From Ignavibacteriota bacterium (GTDB lineage Bacteria > Bacteroidota > Ignavibacteria > UBA10030 > CAVZMI01), in NCBI GenBank assembly GCA_963776275.1, contig CAVZMI010000023.1:460063-524062 (forward strand): a stretch of DNA of 64,000 bases, read 5' to 3'. A program made the position numbers and the translations under genes. How positions within the stretch are numbered: position 1 is the first letter of the stretch; the number at the start of each line of letters is the position of its first letter. Positions 39,875 to 50,510 of the stretch are shown here, one piece after another. The notes under the pieces are model-generated. The model did no database searches and was not told where the DNA came from. It worked only from the letters and a program-made list of their open reading frames with translations.

Positions 39875-42800
39875 CTATCGTACAAGAGCCATTTTCTTTG
39901 TGATACTCATACCGTTCACATTAAGGCTATAGAAATAAACTCCCGAAGCCAGACCCGACGCATTCACCATCACATCATAATATCCTGCAGGCTGATCGCT
40001 ATCGACAAGCTTTATTGCTTCCTGGCCGACAATAGTATAGAGAATTAGGGTGACGTGTCCCGGTTCGGGAATCTGGTACCTGATCAACGTCGATGGATTA
40101 AACGGATTCGGATAATTTTGAGCCAGTGCATACTTGGCCGGAATAGTACTCGCACCACCTGTCATTTGAGTGACATAATAGCGTTCGCCGACAATAAGTT
40201 CAAGCAAGCGAGTCCCGTCAGCCGAATATATGTCACGGAATGATTGCTGCCGCATATCGTACAGGGCATCTCGCGCCCGATCGAATAAAAATACTCCATA
40301 ACGGCTGGGTATATGTTGTAGATTTTTTAATTCAAGCCGAACCATCGTGTGCGGCGCATCCCGCAATTCCAGATCCCATGTCAATCCATTCTCAATCGAC
40401 GGCCTTATATCGGCTGCGAGACGATCAGAGATATCCGGGCTTTTCGGATTCGGGAAAAAGAGCGAGACGGTATTCGGCATCGCAGGTGGTTCATATACAA
40501 CATAGGCATTATTCTTTTCAGAGACTTTTGTATTCACGCCAAAGTATGTGATCTTATCGAATGATACATCGTCCGATGCGATAATTTGTCCTACCCATTC
40601 ATTATCATCCCGGCCTCCGGAATCCAGTGCATTTTCCGCGTTTTGAAAATATCTATAAACAGAATTCGGTTCATCACTGCACGTGGTTGAGAGCTTTTGT
40701 AGAACTGCATCGGGATTTTTCAATTTGAGAAGGCATGTATCGGTGACATGGATCGCCAGTCCTTCCCACGGTCTGAATCCCGCCGATGTTCCAAAATCCC
40801 AACCGCTTTGCGAGCCTGATCCGGAGTAGTAGAAGGAAGACGTCGTAAGATTATTGACTGCTGGTAAGAGTTCCAAATCCGACAGTGCCAGTTGATAAGG
40901 GAAAAGATCGCCGACAATATTCCATCCGGGTTCGAGCCTGGCACCGGGTACACGAAGATAGCCCAACGATAAGGCACCGCCCAGGGTATTCCGAAGTTTT
41001 ATGCTCTTCGATGTAATGAGCATGTATGCATGACCGATCTGGAGATCAAAATCATTTGTTGTACTCCACTCATCATATACGGCCGTTTTAATGAAGCGGA
41101 ACAATCTCCATTCCGATCCGTTTGTTCCTAATGAATTTTGACCGGAGAAAAAGTGCGATACCTTTTGATCGCCGAGTCCGACTGGTACTGAAAAAAGCCG
41201 ATAATCTGTTTGGTTCGTCCCGCTGTGCGTGGAAGACGAAAACTTGTCAGCCGCAACGGTAATCACAATCGGATTGAATTGATCTTCTGCGACTCCATTC
41301 CACACACTCGTATTCCCGCTTAGATCGGAGGCAACGATGCGGTAATCTATCCCGTCGGTTGTTACCGCGGCATCCGGTATTGTCGCCGACGGAGGCGTCA
41401 TTCCCCGATTGAATGCAGTCCGCTGCCAAGCACCCTTTCCTGTCCGGTAATCAACATAAAAATCCTGTACTCCGCCTGGATCGGAAACATCTGCGACGAT
41501 AGTAATAGCATTTCCGGGTAGCTTGACAACGGGCACACTCACGTTCGATATCACCGGCGGGGTATTATCGACAACAGCAGTTCCTCGGATAATTGTTTGA
41601 GCTACAGGTTTCGTCAGATCATTACTATAGAGCAGTAACATTCCATATCTCAAACCATCCGATTTCGGTGACCAGCGAAGTGTCACCTGCTGATTGCCGC
41701 CACCGGTTATAGAAATAGGGTAGACAACACTTACGAGTTTAAATTCTGATGCGCTGCCAGTCGACATTTGCACCCGGATTGAATCGACCCGGAGATCAAC
41801 CGATCCGGTATTTTGAATTGAGAAATTCTGGTCAGCATCCAGACCTGCAATGACGGTGCCAAATGAAATAGTATCTTGTACGGCAATTTTGGTCCTTGTA
41901 CCCCAGTTCCATGAATGAACACCTGAGCCGATGGTCTTGACAGATCATTAGAATAGAGTATCAGTACGCCGTTTAATACCCCTCCTGATTTCGGCGACCA
42001 GCGGAGCGTCACCTGTCGACTAACACCACTTGTAATAATGAAAGGATATACTACGCTAACGAGTTGTAAATCCGAAATATTGCCGGCGGATAGCTGCACC
42101 TTCATCGAATCGATGTGAAGATCGCTCGATCCTATATTCTGAATCGTGAGATTCTGGTCAGCATCCAGACCTGTAATGACGGTGCCAAACGAAATAGTAT
42201 CCTGAACGGCAATTTTGGGTCCTTGAACCGCAGTCCCGCGAACAACCACTTGAGCTATCGATTTTGTTGGATCATTATTATACAGTATCAACATTCCATT
42301 TCTCAGACCCGCTGATTTCGGTGTCCAACGAAGTGTTATCTTTTCATTGACACCATTTTTAATAATAAGTGGATAGACTACATTCAGAAGCTGGAATTCC
42401 GATACATCGCCTGTGGTCATCTGCAGCCGTATCGAATCAACATGGAGATCACTCGATCCTATATTCTGAATCGTAAGATTCAGATCGGAATATAGACCAA
42501 CCATGACAGTCCCCAATGGAAGTGTATCCTGAACGGCAATTTTTGGTCACTTGGAGTCCGATCCCTTGAAGTGGAACAGATGCTATTTCGAGTGTCGGAT
42601 CATTACTATAGAGTAAGAGATTTGCATCACGGACACCCCCCGTGGTTGGTGCGAAATGGAGTGTTAATGTTGTAGTCTCGTCTTGTTGTAATAAAATGCT
42701 TATAGCTGCATTTGAAATTGAGAAATCGTTTGGATTTGCACCACCGATCCGTATTGAATCGATCTGTAGCGCTTCCCCTCCTACATTTTGTATCGTAATA

Positions 42801-44710
42801 GATTGATTGTCAGATGCACCGACGTTAACGCTTTTGAATTGGACTCTTATCGGTGGAGAAATCACCGGGAACGTAGGGATCCCCCGCCAGACACCACTGC
42901 CGTCGGTTCCGGCAAAAATCATCCCATTAGATGTAAAGCCGAACGACCAAATAAACACACTTGTTAAATCCTGATTTGTCCGATACCAGCTAAGTCCATT
43001 ATCATCGGAAATATAAACCCCGTCATTCGAAGTTCCACAGAAAATGAACCCTCGAGGCCCCATTTCAAATATGTTGATATCAGGTCCGCTCAATACCTGT
43101 ACCCATGAATCGCCATTATCCGTAGATCGAAAGATGCCGATATTAGTTCCAACCAGAAGTACGTTTGTTGTCTTTGTCAAAGGAAAAGATGACAGATTCC
43201 AAAGAATTTTCGTCGTGATGCCTGTCCCAACTTGTGTCCAGGTATTACCGTCGTTGGTTGACCTATAGATACTAAAAGCGCTATCAATTAAAAAAAGTGC
43301 GCCTGATTGAGTTACTGTGAACGAATAGATATACCCTGTTGCAAGTGTAGATGATATTGATGTCCATGTTTTTCCGGTATCGGAACTTCGATAAACCCCG
43401 CCCGTACTTTGTGCATACATTATACCTACTGTATTCATCGTGATAATACATACTGTATGATCGTCTGAAGGAATGCCATTGTTACTCGCAGTCCATGTAT
43501 CACCATTATCGGTTGAGAAATATACACCTCTTCCTGTTCCTGCAAATAGTGAACCATTAGGATGCACCATGATGGAATAAATCGTAGTAGTTCTGATCTC
43601 GTTGCCGACGTGAAGCCAGTTCTTTCCATAATCGGTTGTATGATATAATCCATTGTATGGAGAGCCGGCAAAGAGACCTCCTATCGACTGATGCTTGAGG
43701 GAATAAATAGCGGTACCGGTTAATCCATAATTCTGCTCTGTCCAGCTTGCCCCGTTATTTGTCGAACGATAAATCCCAATCCCGAGGAAGCCTGCATATA
43801 CTGCGCCTGTTTTATCGAGGACGAAAGAACGAGTATTTGGTGCAGGAACACTTGCACTCATGGGAGTCCAATTCCCTCCACCATCAGTTGATGCTAATAC
43901 TCCGTTCAAATCTGTTCCTGCATAGATCGTTCCGTCAATCGGATTGCGACAAAGTGCGACTACCTTCAGACCGTCCATTATCAATCCACTCAGTATACAT
44001 GTATTACCATCATCAACGGATAGATACATACCATCGGAGGCACCGACATAGATAATATTGAGCGTTGGATGAACGATAATCGAATAGCAGATTTTCCCGG
44101 CGATGAGATTCCCTGACGGGTACCACGTTTCACCATAATCAGAAGAGCGGAACATACCACTGCTTGTCCCGGCAACGATTGCTCCCGAGTGGGATTGTGC
44201 GAGTGAAAGAACATTGAGATCCGTTAAACCCAGGTTGACCGAAATCCAAGATGTGCCATAATCGACTGACCGATATATGCCATCTGAAGTCCCGGCGAAA
44301 AGAACTCCACCCGGGATGACGAGGATCGCTTGTACGCTCACATCCGCGATATCGGTTGTTGATATTAGACTCCAGCTTGTTCCCTGGTCATACGAGCGAT
44401 ATATTCCCGAGTAATTTGTGCCGGCATAAAGTATTCCCGTAGTATTATCCACGGCAAGTGACCTGACATACGTATTTTCTATCCCGATATTTACCGGTTG
44501 CCAAGTTGTCGCCTGATCAAGAGAGTGAAAAACTCCATTTCCGTATGTGCCTGCATAGACGATTCCAAGATAATCATCAACTGCAAGCGCACGAACCGTG
44601 CCGCCGTACGGACCATTTGTCTTTTCCCATCGGATTTGTGAAAAAACAGACGGTGAAAGAAAAACTAATAAACCAAGTATAAGAATAAACCGTGGCCCTG
44701 CGTGTCTCAT
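39875..44710 (-). CDS. Large (~1600 aa) secreted protein: BNR/Asp-box beta-propellers, four Ig-like (ASH/choice-of-anchor D) domains, T9SS CTD, with apparent frameshifts at ~42548 and ~41890
   Basis: More than 12 S.D.G.TW repeats, I.N.G...L repeats, AQNYPNPFNP..KKMALVR. The frames rejoin at the repeated QGPKIAVQD linker. Confidence 0.82.
41560..42550 (-). repeat. Intragenic triplication, period 327 bp
   Basis: CCTGAACGGCAATTTT-type anchors at 42528, 42201 and 41875, with near-identical flanks. Confidence 0.8.
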
Positions 44711-44799
44711 TGCACTAACCTTATAATATCATTGCGATTAAAACATCGGATTTATTTCCTGACTTTACGGATCGTGGACTGTATGCAAAATATCCTCCA

Positions 44800-45489
44800 T
44801 CATGGCAAATTTGGTGGTTCAGGAAGCTTCGTCGGTCCTTCTGTTCCTCCACCCCCCTTACTTCCACTAATGAGAACCGCCGCCAGCACTCCACCACCGA
44901 CGACAACACCGCCGATAATCCAGTAGATTGTTGAATTTGATTCTGCCTCCTTTTTTACTTCTGGTTTTTGCGGAGGCTGTTCCTGCTTTTCTTTTGTCGT
45001 CAGGGGCGTTAGAGGCTTCATTCCTTCAGCCGTCTTTGCCAGAAGATCGGCAAGAATACCTTTATATTGCGAATAGAGCGTTACACTCCCTTCTAGGTAG
45101 TCCATTGTTTGTTCGTAAATCACGCGTGACTGGGTAACATTTACGAGACTGACTTTCAGCGTGTAGCCGGTTTCGACTTGTGTCACAACTCCGAATACTA
45201 CTGCATCGAGTCCGATCTGTTTCCCAACCAAGGCGGCAGTATTTGCATCCTCGACGACCGGGAAAGATCCTTCTGCCAATTCGTCAATCAATGCCGCCCG
45301 ATCCTTGATCACCAGTTTCCCATCGACAGCAAGTGTAGCAGCAAAAAGATCGGAAAAACGATCGGCGATAAGCTGCGACGTGTTGACAGGTTTAAACGGA
45401 CAAACGCCAATGGTAACATCGACGAGTTGTTGACCATATATAAGAGATGTAAAGAAAAAAAATACAAAAGAAGCGCGAAGAATTTTCAT
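44800..45489 (-). CDS. Exported CsgG/TolB-N-like protein with a C-terminal Gly-rich hydrophobic tail
   Basis: Signal peptide, DR..L..EL, A..VGK.IG.DAVVFG.V, LVNV motifs, YWIIGGVVVGGGVLAAVL tail, GAGGAG RBS. Confidence 0.7.
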   Translation of the reverse strand: MKILRASFVFFFFTSLIYGQQLVDVTIGVCPFKPVNTSQLIADRFSDLFAATLAVDGKLVIKDRAALIDELAEGSFPVVEDANTAALVGKQIGLDAVVFGVVTQVETGYTLKVSLVNVTQSRVIYEQTMDYLEGSVTLYSQYKGILADLLAKTAEGMKPLTPLTTKEKQEQPPQKPEVKKEAESNSTIYWIIGGVVVGGGVLAAVLISGSKGGGGTEGPTKLPEPPNLP

Positions 45490-45729
45490 GCGTACACTCC
45501 TCGGCATAATAGTACGGGAAGACCGCTCATTGTTAATGTTATGAGAATCTGGAAGAAAATCAAGCCTCTTCATATGCCTATGCGTAATTGTTTTTTCCTG
45601 ACCCATTCCGTATCTTGGAAAAACCTTATATGCTCCGAAACCTGCGGGTTGACCGATATTCAGGTTCCGTTGCACGTACCGGAAACGTAGGATGACAGAC
45701 AGGTACCTTGAATATATGGAGACAATATT

Positions 45730-46902
45730 TTGTTCGAAAAACCATCATATCCGCGTTTAATCTTTGTCGACTATTTGCGATTTGCAGCAGTGTTATTCAT
45801 GCTGCAGGGACACACGTTCGATGCCCTTCTTCAACCAACAACAAAGGTAATTTATTCATATAAAATTTTTAATCTGTTCCACGGACTTACAGCGCCCATG
45901 TTTCTGTTCAGTGCCGGATTTGCATTTGCAGTCTCTTCAATCCGGCACATCGATCAGTATATTCAATATTCCCCGAAACTAGAAAAACGTTTTCTTCGAT
46001 ACATTGCGCTGCTGGGTATCGGATACTTACTTCACCTTCCGTATTTCTCACTTCAAAAACTTTTTTATGAGACTGCGTCGTGGGAATTTGAACAGCTCTG
46101 GAATGTCGATACGCTTCAGTGTATCGGAGTAAGCCTTATTCTTCTGCAGACGCTTGTATTCGTTCTTAAAGACGAAAAGAAGTATCTTGTCGTGACGAGC
46201 TTCTTGGCCGGATTCGCGATTCTTCTTGCGCCGCTCATGTGGAACCTGCCTCGGGTGAATTGGCTTCATCCCGCACTCGTTTCATATATCAATGGTGAAT
46301 ACGGGAGCTTTTTCCCGATGTTCCCCTGGTTTGGATTCATCGCATTCGGTTCGGTTGTCGGACAACTCTTTTTACTTGCTACCAAAGCTAAACAGCCGGA
46401 ACGCTTTGTTCTCTTAATGATGATCGTCGGGGCGAGTATGATCCTGGCTGGACTTATCCTGGTACATTTACACATTCCTTTCTATCCAATACACGATTGG
46501 TACAAGACAAATCCTCTCTATAGTATGATCCGACTGGGTATGATTATGTTGTTCTGCGGAATGCTCTGGTATGGTGAACAACACAGCCGTAAGTATTTGC
46601 ATGAGACGACAAAAAAGAAGATACGCCCGCTACAAATGCTAGGTCGCGAATCGTTAATGATTTACGTTGCCCATCTTATTGTTCTATACGGCTCACCGCT
46701 CAATCATGGTGCCGGATATTATTTAGGCACGACGCTGAATCTCTGGCAAAGCACGTTTGTATTCGGAATCCTCTTTTTTACAATGCTTCTTCTGGCAATT
46801 GCCTGGCATACATTAAAGAAGCGCTATTCTATGCACATACGGTTTGTTTTGTTTGCGACAACAGTATCGTTGATAATGCTCTTTGTCACGAGAGAATATT
46901 AA
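45730..46902 (+). CDS. Membrane acyltransferase (DUF1624/HGSNAT-like)
   Basis: RL.FVDYLR..AVLFMLQGH, APMFLF.AG, DTLQCIG, FP.FPW, LGRESL.IY..H. Confidence 0.82.
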   Translation: MFEKPSYPRLIFVDYLRFAAVLFMLQGHTFDALLQPTTKVIYSYKIFNLFHGLTAPMFLFSAGFAFAVSSIRHIDQYIQYSPKLEKRFLRYIALLGIGYLLHLPYFSLQKLFYETASWEFEQLWNVDTLQCIGVSLILLQTLVFVLKDEKKYLVVTSFLAGFAILLAPLMWNLPRVNWLHPALVSYINGEYGSFFPMFPWFGFIAFGSVVGQLFLLATKAKQPERFVLLMMIVGASMILAGLILVHLHIPFYPIHDWYKTNPLYSMIRLGMIMLFCGMLWYGEQHSRKYLHETTKKKIRPLQMLGRESLMIYVAHLIVLYGSPLNHGAGYYLGTTLNLWQSTFVFGILFFTMLLLAIAWHTLKKRYSMHIRFVLFATTVSLIMLFVTREY

Positions 46903-48803
46903 ATTTCTTCTTTCCGTATTGTTTCAAGCGCTTCGATCGACCGGCGTCCTATTTTCAGAGTCTCATTTGTGATCTGCGCAATATTGTGTATCACACTGCG
47001 GAGGCGTTCAACGAGAAGTTGATAAATCAGATTCTGGAGTGTTTCATCAAGAAGACGAGTCTGTGTATTGTACAATTCCAATACTTTTATTTCTGTTGAT
47101 CCGAGTCCTTTAAGAATTGTCGTACGAATTGATTTCCTCACCTTTTCTTTCTTCAAATGGAATTTTACACCTAAACTTGACAGTAAGCCGTTGATGATCA
47201 TCTTTGAAATCGGTTGTGTATACGCAAGCGAAACCGATGTCACAATGGAACCGGGTTGAAAACCCTGCACACTCGATTCGCACTGTTGTTCGATCTGTCT
47301 AATCAAATGCCGGGTAATCAGGTTTGTCAGCACATTCCGAAAATCCTTTCCTATTTCTATTTGGTGTCCGTTATCTTCTGTCTGTTCCTTGATGTGTTCT
47401 ACGTGCTGACGGCAGTCTTCGAGAATACGATGACATTCCTGGTGGACGTCCGCTTTCCACCGCTGGAGCGCATTGTTCAGTCGTTCACGCAGCTCCTCGC
47501 GGATTTCTACCTCGAATTTCATCGTAATCGATTCTGTTGTCGATTGTTGATTACGAAGCACATGGTTTACACCGGTGTCGGAAAAAATTTCATCTAAAGC
47601 AAGATCGACCCTGATACGCCGGTGCTGGATGAAATTGTGTAGTGCGTCGCGTTCGGCCTCGGCATGAGTCATCACAGCCGTGTGAAATTGATGGAGACTA
47701 TAGGAAACATTCCGTAGAAACATTAGCACACGATCGAGAGTGGATCGAAGAGTGTGGAGATCCGCCATGCTTTCCCTGATAACATTCTCGGTGTGATTGA
47801 GCGGATTCAGAATCCGGAGCTCCTTTCCTTCATCGGCAATAATATGGAGGACCCTGTCGATCAGTTGATGGATATTGCTATCTTTCTGCTGCTCGAGTCC
47901 CTGTTTGCGATCTCCATGATGTTCCATATCAAGTCCGATTCGGGCCAGACGGGCTGAGATAGGAACGATATCCAGGCTTTTCATTAGTTCTACGACACCA
48001 TATTTCGGATTACGCAGCGTAGCTTCAACATATTTTACCATCTCTGTAATATCGCGTTTTTTCAACGGGATACGTGCATCCGTATCGATGTCTTTCGCCA
48101 TATCGCACTGAGTGATGACGAATAGAATTCTCTTTTTCTCGCCGTATAGATCTTCTTTAATGTTCCGGAACTCGCTACCGCGAAGAACTGCATCGCTATT
48201 GGACAGAAATAAAACAAGGTCGGCTTTTTTAACATAGGAGACAGCCAGTTCATGATTCCGCGGTGAAATCGATCCGATACCCGGCAGATCTACAACCCGG
48301 AGGGTCTCGACATCGCACCACTGGATTTCTTTCGTGGTTTCTGTAGGTTTCACTTCAAACTCTTCAAGACGTATCTGCGATCCATCAGAGAGTACCGCAT
48401 GAAACAACAGCAGATCCTGTTTCAGGCCATGCACTTTTTTGCCGACAAGAAGATTCGCAAGGTAGCTCTTTCCGGAATTTACCTTCCCGAATATTACAAT
48501 GCGGAACCGATCGGCATTTTCATGATAATCCATGAAATCATCATGCAGAAGTTCGATCGGAGCAAGAATATGGTGATGAAGCTCTTCAATCGCCACCGGA
48601 AGAAAATTTTTCAACCATTCATCATCCCGATGTTCTTTATCCGGTTCTAGAGTTCCAATATTGTATTGACAAGCCTCACACATACGTCGCAGTGCAGTGA
48701 CATACATATCCTTTGCCATTTCGATACTGTGAAGAACCTGCAGATACCTTTTGGTGGACGACCGGAAATATGATCGGAATGAATAGAGTTTATTGGTGAG
48801 CAT
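46899..48803 (-). CDS. Dynamin-like GTPase (LeoA/CrfC-like) with a helical C-terminal stalk
   Basis: G1 GKVNSGKS, G2 PTETT, G3 DLPG, G4 TQCD, ISARLA, long helical tail. Confidence 0.8.
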   Translation of the reverse strand: MLTNKLYSFRSYFRSSTKRYLQVLHSIEMAKDMYVTALRRMCEACQYNIGTLEPDKEHRDDEWLKNFLPVAIEELHHHILAPIELLHDDFMDYHENADRFRIVIFGKVNSGKSYLANLLVGKKVHGLKQDLLLFHAVLSDGSQIRLEEFEVKPTETTKEIQWCDVETLRVVDLPGIGSISPRNHELAVSYVKKADLVLFLSNSDAVLRGSEFRNIKEDLYGEKKRILFVITQCDMAKDIDTDARIPLKKRDITEMVKYVEATLRNPKYGVVELMKSLDIVPISARLARIGLDMEHHGDRKQGLEQQKDSNIHQLIDRVLHIIADEGKELRILNPLNHTENVIRESMADLHTLRSTLDRVLMFLRNVSYSLHQFHTAVMTHAEAERDALHNFIQHRRIRVDLALDEIFSDTGVNHVLRNQQSTTESITMKFEVEIREELRERLNNALQRWKADVHQECHRILEDCRQHVEHIKEQTEDNGHQIEIGKDFRNVLTNLITRHLIRQIEQQCESSVQGFQPGSIVTSVSLAYTQPISKMIINGLLSSLGVKFHLKKEKVRKSIRTTILKGLGSTEIKVLELYNTQTRLLDETLQNLIYQLLVERLRSVIHNIAQITNETLKIGRRSIEALETIRKEEI

Positions 48804-49803
48804 TGAAGTCATTCCGGAGTGATTGAAATTTATTGAGTGCCGCATTGATCCGTTGCATTCGTGAATTTACAGCTGAGGACTTCCTTTCAAAATACTTCTG
48901 CGCATTGTCATACACCATTTGAATATTCCCGCTAACCGATTGTACGAATGCGTCGCTCATGAGCTTCTGGACCTCGAGCAATCCACTGACCACAGCCGGC
49001 ACACCATCATCGTCCGACATCCCACGTTCAGCCGCGAGGGCTCGAAGTCGTTCGATCGCTCTCTCTTCAAATTTTATCCGAAGAATGGGTACAATCAAAA
49101 CCGACCCTGTCTTCTTGTCGAACCATTCAGAAAGTGATGCCAGTGCTTCGTCGATTTGTTCTGATAGCTGACGGGCGAGATTATGAATCTCGGTCTGTTT
49201 AACAACGACTGTAGCGAATTCTCTCGAGATTTTTATCCCGGGTGCTGTCGTCAAGGTTTCCCGCTCGGCAAAGGTTTCTGCATTTGGAATTCGGTCTGTA
49301 AAGAAATTTTTTATGCGGTTTTGACAGGTATTGACAACTTCATTGATATCGCGCTGGCGATCATTCCACGATTGCCGTAATTCTTCAAGTGTTGTCGTTT
49401 CTTTTTCAAGCTGTGTCTGCTCTTTCTGGAGTGCATCGAGAACATTGTCAATATATGAAATGAACAAATAGGCTGCAGTGCGGATTTTCAACTGGGCGCC
49501 GCGATCGCGGATGGTCTCGATAATGAAATACTGCAGTTCTCGCAAACCACTTGCCTGGATTTTCCGGGCATTTCCCTCACGTATACCTTCAAGAGCAAAT
49601 CGGGCCGAGAAAATCAAGAATGTAGGTTTCCGTACTCCAAGAGCATGGATTTGTTTTACGAGCGCTTTCCGTACAATCTCGTAGTTTGGAACATATTCTT
49701 TCTTCTGCAGTATCCCGCGACGACGGAGTAAATATATTCCGATAATTCCGAATTGGAGAATTACAAGAATTACTAGCAGGATAACAAGTGTAGAGGTTTC
49801 CAT
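48790..49803 (-). CDS. C-terminal part of a dynamin-like protein (FSARFAL motif plus helical stalk) with an N-terminal TM anchor
   Basis: TM at residues ~5-26, then FSARFALEG..SGL..L homologous to ISARLARIG..SNI..L of the neighbour, then coiled coil. Confidence 0.7.
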   Translation of the reverse strand: METSTLVILLVILVILQFGIIGIYLLRRRGILQKKEYVPNYEIVRKALVKQIHALGVRKPTFLIFSARFALEGIREGNARKIQASGLRELQYFIIETIRDRGAQLKIRTAAYLFISYIDNVLDALQKEQTQLEKETTTLEELRQSWNDRQRDINEVVNTCQNRIKNFFTDRIPNAETFAERETLTTAPGIKISREFATVVVKQTEIHNLARQLSEQIDEALASLSEWFDKKTGSVLIVPILRIKFEERAIERLRALAAERGMSDDDGVPAVVSGLLEVQKLMSDAFVQSVSGNIQMVYDNAQKYFERKSSAVNSRMQRINAALNKFQSLRNDFNAHQ

Positions 49804-49833
49804 GTATAAAAGAATCTCTGTTTTTGCCTGATA

Positions 49834-50364
49834 TCAGTCATCTCTTTTCTTATTGAGAACATATACAACATCTTTTGCTGGTATAAGATGGTCACGGAGA
49901 AATATCTGGGTTACCGCGTCAAGATCTCCCTCCTTATCGGAGAAGAGGAACACGACAAGGTCGGCAAGGTGCAGTTCTTTAAGCAACATTGCTTCGTCGC
50001 GAGTATCTTCAATAGAATCTATTCCCGGTGTGTCGACGATTGAAATTCCATTCCACTCTTTCTTTGAAACACGATCGGTTTTCCGGACAGCTCCGGTCGG
50101 GAAAAATTCATCCTGCTCGATGACCGCGTTGGCCGTGGAACTTTTTCCTGCCTTACTGACCCCGGCGAATAAAACGCTTAATGTGTTTTCCTTAACTCCC
50201 GCATACGTTTTTTCGACCAATCGAAAATCGTCGATAAGATTCGGAGGGATAACTTCTGCATAAGTGGCCACCGCATCCCATACTGAGGTTTTCAGTGCAT
50301 TAATACTACCGAATGCAATACCAATGCTACTTAGAATATGTTTTACTTCCGCCTCGAAGTTCAC
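49834..50364 (-). CDS. N-terminal part (G1-G4) of a dynamin-like GTPase
   Basis: GVSKAGKS, RKT, DTPG, VLNK, ending just after G4. GTG start with GGAG. Confidence 0.78.
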   Translation of the reverse strand: MNFEAEVKHILSSIGIAFGSINALKTSVWDAVATYAEVIPPNLIDDFRLVEKTYAGVKENTLSVLFAGVSKAGKSSTANAVIEQDEFFPTGAVRKTDRVSKKEWNGISIVDTPGIDSIEDTRDEAMLLKELHLADLVVFLFSDKEGDLDAVTQIFLRDHLIPAKDVVYVLNKKRDD

Positions 50365-50439
50365 CTGTGCTCCATGTCGTGGATACCAATGGTGATAAGA
50401 TAATTGTGGATGGAAAAATATTTACAATAATTCGAGAGA

Positions 50440-50468
50440 AGTATAGCAAGAATTTGAACTGAAATCAA
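50440..50468 (-). promoter_or_regulatory. Sigma70-type promoter for the dynamin-like operon
   Basis: TTGATT-N17-TATACT. Confidence 0.6.
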
Positions 50469-50510
50469 GCGAGTGGAGATACGACCTTCAAGGTCTTCTC
50501 TGATATCGGG

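Noticed and set aside
49834-49836. Selenocysteine or Trp recoding of the TGA in the dynamin-like gene
   Set aside because: Not a Cys position, no evident SECIS hairpin, TGA ends other genes here, and a TM helix follows.
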